From NCBI GenBank assembly GCA_965243205.1, contig CBDEUK010000002.1, forward strand, positions 2,176,001-2,240,000: a stretch of 64,000 nt of DNA. Reading direction: 5' to 3'. Both the position numbers and the translations under genes were made by a program. The stretch's first letter is position 1. Each line of letters starts with the position of its first letter. The notes beneath the pieces are model-generated. The model had not been told where the DNA came from, made no database searches, and was given only the letters and a program-made list of their open reading frames with translations. Origin of the DNA: Gammaproteobacteria bacterium. GTDB taxonomy: Bacteria; Pseudomonadota; Gammaproteobacteria; Eutrophobiales; Eutrophobiaceae. This document shows, piece after piece, positions 25,150 through 35,107 of this stretch.

Positions 25150-26466
25150 ATGGCCAAGATAAGCAAGAAAACACTAGCTGATAATGATTACCCAATCGAA
25201 GGTCTTTATCAACTAAATATTAAGGACTATTGGCGCGTATTAAAAGCGCAACCATTTGCGTTCTGGGCAATAATTTTATGTGTGATGAATGAATATTTGC
25301 GTATTCAATCATTATTTCCCATTTTAGACGGTTTGCCTTTATCAAGTACTTTAATATATTTGTCTTTATTCTCATGGATAGCTAACTCAAAAGAGAAATA
25401 TCAATCTGATAATTTTTTATGGTTGATTGTTGCATTTCTAATAATAGTAACTATTTCTTCATTGAATGCTTACGATAGCAGTGTTTCTTTCAAATTTATT
25501 TCTAATTTTTATAGCTGGGTATTAATTTATTTTTTAATTGTTCAGAATGTAAAAACAGAAAAAAGATTATTAATTTTTACATGGTTTATCTTTTTACCTA
25601 TTTTTAAAATATCGTTACATGGAGCAACGAGTTGGGCTGCTAGAGGTTTTGCTTTTTCTGACTGGGGTGTAAGGGGACCAGAAGGATATTTTGCAAATTC
25701 AGGGGAATTATCATTACTAATGGCCATGTTTTTTGCTATGTCTTTGGGATTATATATTGGATTCAAAGATCGATTATCCCAACGCAAAAGACTATTTTTA
25801 ATTTTATTGCCTATAACGGCAATCATGACGGTGTTGGCCTCTGCAACGCGGGGTTCTCAACTAGCTCTTCTAATACAAATACTAATCTTAGGCATTTTGT
25901 ATAAGAAATTCTCTTTCAGAGGCATTATTATCACAGTTTTAGTGTTATTTTTAGGTTATTCTTACTTGCCTGCGGAACAGAAGGCTCGTTTTGAATCAGC
26001 AGGAACAGATACAACATCTAAAGCACGTTTGACCTATTGGGCTAAGGGCTATGAGATGTTACAAGATCATCCTTTCACCGGTGTTGGCTATTTTAACTTC
26101 CCAGTTTATTTTGATTACTATTACGCGGAATACAAGGTTTTCAAAGACAAATCTGAAGCAGCACATAATCATATAGTCGAGGTAGGTGCTACCTTAGGAT
26201 ATCCTGGTTTAATACTCTATTTAATGATTATTTGGGGATGTTATAAAGTTTCTGGCAAGATTCGTAAATTACTTATGCAACATGATCTACAAAAGCATTG
26301 GATATATTCATTTACGATAGGAATGGATTGTGCATTAGTTGGATATTTTATTGGGGCAATGTTTATGTCTGTCGCTTTTTATCCATACATTTGGATTCAT
26401 TCAGCTTATATAGTGTCAGTTTTAACCGTTACGAAAAATATTGTAGAACAAAAGAAAAAAGTTTAA
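25150..26466 (+). CDS. O-antigen ligase/Wzy_C-family protein (exosortase-associated O-glycosylation ligase or polymerase)
   Basis: Multipass; SATRG, ARLTYW, PFTGVGYFNF, AAHNHIVEV. Confidence 0.85.
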   Translation: MAKISKKTLADNDYPIEGLYQLNIKDYWRVLKAQPFAFWAIILCVMNEYLRIQSLFPILDGLPLSSTLIYLSLFSWIANSKEKYQSDNFLWLIVAFLIIVTISSLNAYDSSVSFKFISNFYSWVLIYFLIVQNVKTEKRLLIFTWFIFLPIFKISLHGATSWAARGFAFSDWGVRGPEGYFANSGELSLLMAMFFAMSLGLYIGFKDRLSQRKRLFLILLPITAIMTVLASATRGSQLALLIQILILGILYKKFSFRGIIITVLVLFLGYSYLPAEQKARFESAGTDTTSKARLTYWAKGYEMLQDHPFTGVGYFNFPVYFDYYYAEYKVFKDKSEAAHNHIVEVGATLGYPGLILYLMIIWGCYKVSGKIRKLLMQHDLQKHWIYSFTIGMDCALVGYFIGAMFMSVAFYPYIWIHSAYIVSVLTVTKNIVEQKKKV

Positions 26467-26501
26467 TGATATAAATTGCCGATTCAATAATTGAATATTA
26501 G

Positions 26502-27278
26502 ATGATGAGAAAAATAAAAGTATTATTAGGTTATCTTGTTTTTAAAACTGGGCTTTATAAGTTCTTTTTAAGAAATAAAGCCATTGTTTTATTGTTTCAC
26601 CGTGTTGACGATGCATTAGCTCATAAGAGGCTAACATGTTCTACAAAAATGTTTGATAGCATCTGTCAATTAGCTAAAAATCATTTTAATGTCATTTCTT
26701 TAACAGAGTTGGTTAATAAACTAAATGCTGGTAAGGATATTTCTAATGACATGGTTATTAGTTTTGATGATGGTTATTTGGATAACTATCAATATGCAGC
26801 ACCTATTCTAAGAGAACATGGTCTTGATGCTTGTTTTTTTATAGCAACGGACTTTATTGGTTCTGAACATACAACTTGGTGGGATAAAGAAGATGATGTC
26901 AAATCTACCTGGATGAATTGGGACCAGGTCCGAGAAATGAGGCGTTGGGGGTTTGAAATAGCAGCTCATACAAAAAATCATGTTGACTTAGGTAAAGTGG
27001 ATAGGGATGTTGCGTATCAAGAAATAAAAGGGTCTAAGGATAGGCTAGAACAAGAACTAGGTGAGCCAATAAATTTATTTTGCTATCCCTATGGTCGTAA
27101 AGAGCAAATCACTGAAGAAAACCGTCAGATTGTAAGAGATCTAGGTTTTATTTGTTGCCCATCAGCGTATGGTGGTTTGGTCGAAAATAATAGCGACCCT
27201 TTTTATATGTTGCGTACACCTGTCGATAGTTATTATGAAACCGCATGGGATTTTGCTTTCGATTTGATAAGAACTTAA
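26502..27278 (+). CDS. Polysaccharide deacetylase (CE4)
   Basis: LLFHRV, SFDDGY, HTKNH, FCYPYG. Confidence 0.92.
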   Translation: MMRKIKVLLGYLVFKTGLYKFFLRNKAIVLLFHRVDDALAHKRLTCSTKMFDSICQLAKNHFNVISLTELVNKLNAGKDISNDMVISFDDGYLDNYQYAAPILREHGLDACFFIATDFIGSEHTTWWDKEDDVKSTWMNWDQVREMRRWGFEIAAHTKNHVDLGKVDRDVAYQEIKGSKDRLEQELGEPINLFCYPYGRKEQITEENRQIVRDLGFICCPSAYGGLVENNSDPFYMLRTPVDSYYETAWDFAFDLIRT

Positions 27279-27832
27279 TTAAGTTTTGAAATAATATTTT
27301 TTGTTGCTTCAATTACAATCATTTCACATTTATTAAAATAATATTCATTAGTATTATATGGGTCATGTAAATAAGGCCTATAATCTTCATGCCATAAGCC
27401 AATTAAGGTTTTTTGTGCAGTAACATTTTTTGGAAAAAGACTTGTTGAAAAATGTTGAGGTTCCATTGCGATAATGAGATCTGTTTCTTCGAAATATGCA
27501 TCTTTAATAGATGTAGTTTGATGAGTTGTTAAATCGACATCAAAATTTTTGGCTATTTCGATTGCTCTTGGATCCGCTGGGTCACCATTGGGAGCAGTTA
27601 AGCCATATGATCTGGTTTTTATTCCATGAAATTTTGCAATCCCTTCTCCTAGTGGACTCCTGCAGATGTTTCCCATACAGATAAAAACAAGTGTGTTTAC
27701 CTTATTCCAATTGATAGATTTATATTGGTTCCAAAGACCAAAAAGTTCCTTTGTTCTAGAAACAGATAAATGCATAAATCCTGTTTTAGAACCGTATTCG
27801 TTTTTTATATATGAATTGATTGTCTGTGGCAT
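27275..27832 (-). CDS. Low-molecular-weight protein tyrosine phosphatase (Wzb-like)
   Basis: P-loop CMGNICRS and DPY. Confidence 0.9.
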   Translation of the reverse strand: MPQTINSYIKNEYGSKTGFMHLSVSRTKELFGLWNQYKSINWNKVNTLVFICMGNICRSPLGEGIAKFHGIKTRSYGLTAPNGDPADPRAIEIAKNFDVDLTTHQTTSIKDAYFEETDLIIAMEPQHFSTSLFPKNVTAQKTLIGLWHEDYRPYLHDPYNTNEYYFNKCEMIVIEATKNIISKLN

Positions 27833-27883
27833 GGGTAAATAAAATATGCTGTAATGAAATAAATTTTTAAATTATATACGACA

Positions 27884-29056
27884 GTGACAAATATTTTAGT
27901 ACTTGATGGCAATCAGCGTAGTGCCTTAGCAGTCGTTCGTTCATTAGGCGAGCTAGATGTGGATATTATAACAAGTGATGAAACTAATAAATCACTTGCA
28001 GGCCATTCCAAATTTGTAAAAAGAAATATTCAGTCTCCCTCACCCAAAGAAGAACCAGATGACTTCATAGAATGGTTTAATAATACAGTAGAGTCTGAGC
28101 AGATATCCATCGCATTTCCTGTCACAGAAATAACCAGTCAGCTTTTATTGCTAAATAAAGAAAAACTTTCACATAAAGTTAAACTGCCATTTGCTGATAT
28201 AGACATTATTATGCAGTTAGCAAATAAATCAAACTTGATGAAACGTGCTGAAAAACTAAATGTAAAACATCCTAAAACAGAATATTTTGAACATCAAAAC
28301 CAATTAGATATGAACGCTGTTAAAGAATATCCTTGTGTAATTAAACCTTCACTATCAAGGATTTTTATTGAAAGCGAGTGGATTGATTCAGAAGTAAAGA
28401 TAATTTATAGCAAAGAAGATTTAGAACATTTGTTGGAATCTAACTATGATTATCTTAATTATCCATTCATGCTGCAGGAATTCATACCAGGAAAGGGTGC
28501 TGGTATTTTTACTATTTATCATCATGGCAAAGAAATTGCGTTCTTTGCGCATAAACGTCTTAGAGAAAAACCGCCATCGGGTGGTGTAAGTGTGCTTTCT
28601 GAATCGGCTGAATTGAATCCAGAAATGTTAGAGTCAGCAAGGAAAATTTTGGATGATGTAAATTGGCATGGTGTTGCTATGGTTGAATATCGAGTATCAG
28701 ATGACGGAATTCCGTATTTAATGGAAGTGAATACAAGGTTTTGGGGGTCGTTACAATTAGCAATTGATTCAGGTGTTAATTTTCCAAAAATACTTTACCG
28801 CATCACTAATAATGAGAAAGTAGATGCATTGAATAATTATAAAATTGGACAACAATTACGTTGGTTCTTAGGTGATTTGGATAGTTTATACATCGTTTTA
28901 AAAGATGGCCGATATGGTTTAACTGCAAAGTTGAAACGCATAGTTACATTTTTAGTTCCTAAATTAATGAATCGACGCATGGAAGTGAATCGCTTTGGAG
29001 ATTTATCACCGGCCATTTATGAAATAAAAACCTATTTTAAAAGTTTAATGGGTTAG
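27884..29056 (+). CDS. ATP-grasp carboxylate-amine ligase
   Basis: LAVVRSLG, YPCVIKP, LQEFIPG, REKPPSGG, MEVNTRFWGS. Confidence 0.88.
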   Translation: MTNILVLDGNQRSALAVVRSLGELDVDIITSDETNKSLAGHSKFVKRNIQSPSPKEEPDDFIEWFNNTVESEQISIAFPVTEITSQLLLLNKEKLSHKVKLPFADIDIIMQLANKSNLMKRAEKLNVKHPKTEYFEHQNQLDMNAVKEYPCVIKPSLSRIFIESEWIDSEVKIIYSKEDLEHLLESNYDYLNYPFMLQEFIPGKGAGIFTIYHHGKEIAFFAHKRLREKPPSGGVSVLSESAELNPEMLESARKILDDVNWHGVAMVEYRVSDDGIPYLMEVNTRFWGSLQLAIDSGVNFPKILYRITNNEKVDALNNYKIGQQLRWFLGDLDSLYIVLKDGRYGLTAKLKRIVTFLVPKLMNRRMEVNRFGDLSPAIYEIKTYFKSLMG

Positions 29057-29076
29057 AACAGGCAAAAAAACAGAAC

Positions 29077-29871
29077 ATGAAATATTTATGCGTTATGTAT
29101 CATGATATTTATTCAGATGACCATGCTGGATATTCGAACATTGGTAAATCAGCTACCAGTTATCATGTGTCTTTATCGAGATTTCAAGAACATATTTCTA
29201 TGTATGAACAGCATGGTTTGAAATTTATATCACAAACAGAACTGAATAATAATGCTTCAAACAATGCTGTTCTTGTAACATTTGATGATGGTTGGTTAGG
29301 TTCACTGACGGTTGGTGCGGATTTTTTAGAATCAAAATCCATTCCTGCTGTGTATTTTATTACGACTAATTTTATTGGTATGGATTATTTTGCAAACGCT
29401 AAAGAAATTCAGCAAGCGCATAGCAGAGGTTTCATTATTGGTTCACATGGCGTCACTCATCGTATGTTAAGTAGTTTGGATGCAACAGAAATAAAAAAAG
29501 AACTTTCAGAGTCAAAAAAAATTTTAGAAGATATTATTTCTGACGAAGTTATTTGTTTTAGTTTGCCTGGTGGAGCAGGTGATAAGCGAGTCTATCAAAT
29601 TGCTGAAGAGCTTGGTTATCAATATATCTATACTTCAGAGATTGCGATTAACCCTACTCGTAAAGGTATACGTAGGATAGCTAGAGTAGGGCTTATGGAT
29701 AAGACGTCAGATGAAACTATACATCGATGGTCAGGCTTTGATGTTGCAAAAGAATGGCGAAAGAAAGCAGTTCTATCTGTGCCTAAAAATTTATTAGGTA
29801 TGAAAAATTATTCTAAATTAAGACGGTTAATTCTCGGTGAAACAAAGGAAAACCATTACTTCAAGCCATAA
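29077..29871 (+). CDS. Polysaccharide deacetylase (CE4)
   Basis: MYHD, TFDDGW, GSHGVTH, FSLPGG. Confidence 0.9.
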   Translation: MKYLCVMYHDIYSDDHAGYSNIGKSATSYHVSLSRFQEHISMYEQHGLKFISQTELNNNASNNAVLVTFDDGWLGSLTVGADFLESKSIPAVYFITTNFIGMDYFANAKEIQQAHSRGFIIGSHGVTHRMLSSLDATEIKKELSESKKILEDIISDEVICFSLPGGAGDKRVYQIAEELGYQYIYTSEIAINPTRKGIRRIARVGLMDKTSDETIHRWSGFDVAKEWRKKAVLSVPKNLLGMKNYSKLRRLILGETKENHYFKP

Positions 29872-30694
29872 AGAACTTATAGAGCCGGCTGGCTTAAGAC
29901 CACATAAGGTTATTTTTTTAGGAGCAAGTGGGCCATTTCATCGTAATTCTTGTGCAACCTTAATAAAGAACGATGTTAATGTCGTTGCCGCTGTTTTTTG
30001 TAATCGGGAAGGCTTTAAAGAAAAACTGAAATTTCTGCGTTCTTGGGCAAAACGCTATGGTGTTTTTAAAACAGTTGAGCAAATCATAGGTCGAATACTC
30101 GATAAATTAAAAAACTCGGCTTTTGAAAAAGAAGTACTGACACGCCTTATTAGTGATGAAAATAATAAACAAATCCTAAAGGATTCAGGCGTTCCGTTAT
30201 TACATACGGATTCATATATCCGTCCTGATATTTTGCAAAAAATAAAAGAATTGCAGCCAGATATTTTTGTTGTACATAGTAAGTATATGGTTTCCAAAAA
30301 AATAACGGAATTAGCTAGCGTGACAACTATAGGAGGTCATCCTGGTATCACGCCATATTATCGAGGTGCGTATTCACCTTTTTGGGCCATAATGCAAAAT
30401 GAGCTAGATATGGTTGGTTGTACAGCGTTTATTCTTGATGAGGGGATTGATACAGGCGCTGTGATTGCTCAAACGCAGTTGGATGTCACAGATAACGCTG
30501 ATAGTCATTTAACCTTGGCATGGAAAGGAATGATCGAAATTGCAGAGTTACAGTCGGAGGCAATAAAAACACTTGATAATGGAGAGGCTTTGCCCGTTTA
30601 TCCGAATCAAACTATTCCTGAGAATAGTTATTTTGGTCCTCCTGGATTGTTTGATATTTTAAAATATCGGCGCATGCAATCGAAAGTAAGATAG
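29837..30694 (+). CDS. N10-formyl-THF-dependent formyltransferase
   Basis: HPGITPYYRG and DEGIDTG motifs; start uncertain. Confidence 0.82.
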   Translation: MKQRKTITSSHKELIEPAGLRPHKVIFLGASGPFHRNSCATLIKNDVNVVAAVFCNREGFKEKLKFLRSWAKRYGVFKTVEQIIGRILDKLKNSAFEKEVLTRLISDENNKQILKDSGVPLLHTDSYIRPDILQKIKELQPDIFVVHSKYMVSKKITELASVTTIGGHPGITPYYRGAYSPFWAIMQNELDMVGCTAFILDEGIDTGAVIAQTQLDVTDNADSHLTLAWKGMIEIAELQSEAIKTLDNGEALPVYPNQTIPENSYFGPPGLFDILKYRRMQSKVR

Positions 30695-30697
30695 CCA

Positions 30698-32686
30698 TTA
30701 AATTTCGATTGAATCTTGGTATTTGGAAAACCAATTTAAATACATAAACATCGACCATATTGCAAAGTTATTATCTTTTTTACCTTGTTGGTGTTGATTC
30801 CATATCAGATCAACTTTTTCTTTATTTATTCCTGCCGCTCTAATTAAATCATTATCATCAAATAACTTTAAGATCGAAGATTTTAACTCTTTCCGTAACC
30901 AGGTGTTTAATGGCATGGAAAATCCCATTTTAGGTCTTTCGATCAATTCTTTTGGTACATATCGATACAGTAATTCACGCATGAGCCATTTTGATTGACC
31001 ATTTTTTATTTTGTATTTGTTAGGGAGGTTGTTCGCAAATTCAACAATTTTATGATCTAACAATGGTAATCTAACTTCTAAGGAATTTGCCATGGCGGCA
31101 CGATCCACTTTAAATAAATTATCACAAGCCAAATAAAATTTTTGATCGTGTAACATGGCATTGCTTAAAAAATCATTATTAAATGGTTCTGAGTCCATAC
31201 CTTGGAAATAGCCATAATTGGTATTGGATTCTCCAGTTAATGGAGAGTCTCGCCAAAAGGATACTAAATCGGCATACACAGATAGCCCATCATTCTTAGA
31301 AAGTAAGCGAGCGAATTTATGAATTTTAGTACCAATGTCTTTTTCAGATTTTTTATCAGAACGACTAAACATCTGTTTGGCACTGTAAATCGAATCATAA
31401 ATATCAGTAGGAACATGGCCTAGCATAAAGCTAGATGTCTTACGTATGAATTCAGGAACGCGCTGCATTTTATCCCAAACATTTTGGCCCCAGAGATATC
31501 GGTTATAGCCAGCAAATAATTCATCGCCGCCATCGCCCGATAAACAAACAGTCACGTGTTTTCTAGCTTCTCTACTAACTAAATAGGTAGGTACAAAAGA
31601 TGGGTCAGCAAACGGTTCGTCAACTATGGTATGAATGTTTTGAATTAGATCGATACACTCATCCATGGATAAAGGAATTTCAGTATGTTGAGTCGATAAA
31701 TGATCTGCTATTTGTTTTGCAAATGGCGCTTCATTATAGGCCTCATTATCAAAAGCGATGGTATAAGTATTAATTGGTTTTGATGATGAATGTTGTAGTA
31801 CGGCGGCAACTAGAGAAGAATCGATTCCACCTGATAAAAACAAACCTAAATCAACATCTGCAATGGATTGATTTTGCACAACATCGAATAAAGATTTCTC
31901 AAATAGATCGGTTACTTCTTTATTACTCATCTCATCTAGTTGTTGAGCAACCGATACATCTAGGCGTTCTATATTATCCCAGTAAGCAGTGGACTGACTT
32001 GATAATGAATCGGTATCATTAAATTTATTGAATGTCTCACGATTGATAACAAGAGAGTGTCCTGGCGCCAGTTTTTTGATTTGATTAAAAGGTGTGGAAG
32101 TTGGAGAGAAATAACAATATCGGAAGTACGCTGATATTTCAGTCCAATCAAGGCTTAATTTTTTATTGATAGCAACTAATAAGCTATCCAATTCTGATGC
32201 GAATACTAGACCTTCTTGATCAAGATAGTAGTAAAGCGGTTTTTCACCCAATCGGTCTCGAGTTAAAATTAATTGATCATCTTGATGATCATAAAGCGCA
32301 ATTGCAAACATACCATGAAATTGTTCAATCGCATTATCGATACCCCATTGTTCAAATGCAGCGAGTATTATCTCGGTATCAGAATGGCCTTTAAATTTAT
32401 ACCCATATGATTCAAGAGATTGCATAATGGATTTGAAATTATAAATCTCTCCATTGAAAACGATCGTAAATCGTTGAGAACTAGAATGCATGGGTTGGTG
32501 ACCATGTTCGGAGAGGTCTTGTATGGCTAGTCTGCGGTGGCCGAGGCAGAGTTGTCCGTTATTACTGCTCCATATGCCATCACTATCGGGTCCACGATGT
32601 ACTAATTTTTTCAGCATCTCTGAAACAGATGATTTATTTTTTTCAGGCGTGTTATCCGGACGCCATAAGCCAGTTAATCCACACAT
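30698..32686 (-). CDS. asnB: Asparagine synthetase B-like amidotransferase
   Basis: N-terminal MCG, HRGPD, FNGEIYN, LSGGIDSS, SGDGGDELFAGY. Confidence 0.93.
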   Translation of the reverse strand: MCGLTGLWRPDNTPEKNKSSVSEMLKKLVHRGPDSDGIWSSNNGQLCLGHRRLAIQDLSEHGHQPMHSSSQRFTIVFNGEIYNFKSIMQSLESYGYKFKGHSDTEIILAAFEQWGIDNAIEQFHGMFAIALYDHQDDQLILTRDRLGEKPLYYYLDQEGLVFASELDSLLVAINKKLSLDWTEISAYFRYCYFSPTSTPFNQIKKLAPGHSLVINRETFNKFNDTDSLSSQSTAYWDNIERLDVSVAQQLDEMSNKEVTDLFEKSLFDVVQNQSIADVDLGLFLSGGIDSSLVAAVLQHSSSKPINTYTIAFDNEAYNEAPFAKQIADHLSTQHTEIPLSMDECIDLIQNIHTIVDEPFADPSFVPTYLVSREARKHVTVCLSGDGGDELFAGYNRYLWGQNVWDKMQRVPEFIRKTSSFMLGHVPTDIYDSIYSAKQMFSRSDKKSEKDIGTKIHKFARLLSKNDGLSVYADLVSFWRDSPLTGESNTNYGYFQGMDSEPFNNDFLSNAMLHDQKFYLACDNLFKVDRAAMANSLEVRLPLLDHKIVEFANNLPNKYKIKNGQSKWLMRELLYRYVPKELIERPKMGFSMPLNTWLRKELKSSILKLFDDNDLIRAAGINKEKVDLIWNQHQQGKKDNNFAIWSMFMYLNWFSKYQDSIEI

Positions 32687-32859
32687 GGTATTTTTTACTT
32701 CTCTTACATAGAATGGGAAGATGTTATTTTAGTATGTACTACATTATATGCAGTCATGCAAAATTGTGAACTCGAGATGTAGTCATTTGTAATTTCATCT
32801 TAAATAAAAACCGAGTTTATACAAGTTAATTCAATTTGTTTTGCTAAGTAGGAAAAAAT

Positions 32860-33969
32860 ATGGCTAAGACCATTTTATACGTTGCTTCAGGCACACCTTG
32901 GGCTGGGGCAGAAATGCAAGTGTATACATTAATGGATGCAAGCAAAGATAAGCTTACAGTGAAAGCGGTTTTATTTAATGATGAAACATTAGCTGATAAA
33001 TTACGTGAGTGCGGTATTGAAGTATTTATCATCGATGAATCGAAATACGGACTTTTCAAAATGATTAAAGAGTTTTGTAATATCTTGACGGAAGTTAAAG
33101 TAGATTTAATCCATACGCACGGATACAAAGAAAATATCATAGGTAGTATTGCAGGTTTATTGAAAGGTATTCCAAGTGTGCGCACAGCACATGGGGATGA
33201 TGAATTTAAAGTTTCATTATGGGATCTTAAAAGAAGTATCCCAGCCCATTTAAATTTATTTTCAGGCCGTTTTTTGCAGAAAAAAATTATCAGTGTTTCT
33301 ACCGAGCTTAGGGAAAAGCTCGCAAAAAAATATCCTAAAAGTAAGATCAATGTTATACCCAATGGTTTAAATATCGATAAGGTTTCAGCAAAGGCCGAAC
33401 AGCTAATAAAAATACCTGGAAATTCTGAAAGTTTTAAACTGGTGTTCTTTGGGCGTCTGGTTACGTTAAAGCGTGTGGATCTGATACTAGAAACATACGC
33501 TTTATTGTTTCAGGCACATGGTTTGGACTATGAACTGTATATAGTTGGCGATGGTGTCGAAGCAGATTCTTTAAAGAAGTTAGCAGAGAGTTTAAATATA
33601 TTATCAGGAACTCATTTTCTAGGTCATCGTTTAGATGTGCATCACCTGATGCAGCAGATGGATTGTTTAATAATGGCATCAGATCATGAAGGCTTGCCGA
33701 TGACTATCTTAGAAGCGGTTGCATCAAAATTACCCATTGTTAGTCATGCTGTAGGTGAGATACCGAATGTACTTGATAATGGAAATTGTGGATATTTAGT
33801 TTATGAACAGAAACCGGAAAAATTTAAACAGGCCATTGAGAATTGTCGGACGAGTTCAAATACTAAGCAGATGGTTGATGATGCTCTAAGTAGATTAAGG
33901 CAACATTATTCGCATGAGAAAAATTCTCAGGCTCATGTCGAGCTTTATCATGAGGTTTTAAAGGCTTAG
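32860..33969 (+). CDS. Glycosyltransferase family 4
   Basis: GAE, IHTHG, TAHG, PNGL, SDHEGLPMTILEA. Confidence 0.92.
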   Translation: MAKTILYVASGTPWAGAEMQVYTLMDASKDKLTVKAVLFNDETLADKLRECGIEVFIIDESKYGLFKMIKEFCNILTEVKVDLIHTHGYKENIIGSIAGLLKGIPSVRTAHGDDEFKVSLWDLKRSIPAHLNLFSGRFLQKKIISVSTELREKLAKKYPKSKINVIPNGLNIDKVSAKAEQLIKIPGNSESFKLVFFGRLVTLKRVDLILETYALLFQAHGLDYELYIVGDGVEADSLKKLAESLNILSGTHFLGHRLDVHHLMQQMDCLIMASDHEGLPMTILEAVASKLPIVSHAVGEIPNVLDNGNCGYLVYEQKPEKFKQAIENCRTSSNTKQMVDDALSRLRQHYSHEKNSQAHVELYHEVLKA

Positions 33970-33970
33970 T

Positions 33971-35107
33971 TTAATCAGACTTTAAAATGCTTAACATCTT
34001 ATCGAGGTGTTTTTGTTTGACTAAACTGTGGACAGGTAATGTTAGCAGACGGTTTGCAAAATCAAGCGCATTCGGTAAGTCATCATATTCACATAGATGA
34101 GGCTCAGTCCCTGGTATATTCGGTAAAGTGTTATTGTATAACTTAGAAGCACCCAAACCTGATTGGTTGAATAAATCAAAGTTATGATCTCGACTTGTCT
34201 GATCTTCAAATAGTATCGGAAATCGTAATAATCTTTTCGTACGTTCTAAATATTTATTCGGCAAGGATATTATTTCATCAGGTAAGTTTTCTAAATGCGT
34301 TTGTAAGAAAAGTTGAGCTGTTGGTTCTCTACTAATGTGTTTTGAAATGTTTAAACCTAAGAATTTAGCTTTTATCTGCTCAAATTCGGATATTGATTGC
34401 AAAGGTTTGTAATTAGTTTGGCCTAATTTAAGTCCTGGAACGTAATTTAATAAACCATATAGCGCAGGATTTATTAAAGCGTTATAGAGCAGGCTTTTAA
34501 TTACGAAAGATGCTGAACCACTATCAATGAATTTTCTGCCGTATGTTTCTAATAAAGAGTTTATTTTAGAATTTTCTAGCAAGGTCTGACTGATAAGAGT
34601 TAGGCCACCACCTAACATCGAGATAGGTTTGCCACGCCCAAAACTTATCGAGATACAGTCTCCTGATAATGATGTATTCCCATTATTAAATTCAGGCCAC
34701 CATTGAGCATTATCTTCAATTAATAAGATATTGTGTTTTGACGCTAATGCTTTGAGCTCAGCCAAACGTTCTTCAATGCCTAAAAAGTTGACGGCAACTA
34801 TTGCAATAGTTCTATCATTGATTACAGATTCGATATGCTCTAGTGAAAAAGCAGTATTACTTATTTCTAAATCACTTAGTCGACATTTAGTATTTGCAAA
34901 GGCACATGCAGATACAAGGTCTGGGCAAGCATATCCAGGGATAATCACTTCGGCTTGTTCGATGGATTTTAATTGTTTCGCAACTAGAATCGATAATGCT
35001 AAAGCTGCAGTACCGCTTTGACACCAAATTGGTGAATAGCCATCAAATTTTGGTAATGATTCCGTTTGAAAACCAAACTGAACCCTGTTTCCAGCTGGGG
35101 CTAACAT
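33971..35107 (-). CDS. DegT/DnrJ/EryC1/StrS-family PLP-dependent sugar aminotransferase
   Basis: SGTAAL, IPGYACP, IEDNAQ, SFGRGKP, LTLPVH. Confidence 0.85.
   Translation of the reverse strand: MLAPAGNRVQFGFQTESLPKFDGYSPIWCQSGTAALALSILVAKQLKSIEQAEVIIPGYACPDLVSACAFANTKCRLSDLEISNTAFSLEHIESVINDRTIAIVAVNFLGIEERLAELKALASKHNILLIEDNAQWWPEFNNGNTSLSGDCISISFGRGKPISMLGGGLTLISQTLLENSKINSLLETYGRKFIDSGSASFVIKSLLYNALINPALYGLLNYVPGLKLGQTNYKPLQSISEFEQIKAKFLGLNISKHISREPTAQLFLQTHLENLPDEIISLPNKYLERTKRLLRFPILFEDQTSRDHNFDLFNQSGLGASKLYNNTLPNIPGTEPHLCEYDDLPNALDFANRLLTLPVHSLVKQKHLDKMLSILKSD

Noticed and set aside
32844-33362. 172-aa minus-strand ORF
   Set aside because: Antisense shadow of the GT4 gene with no recognisable motifs
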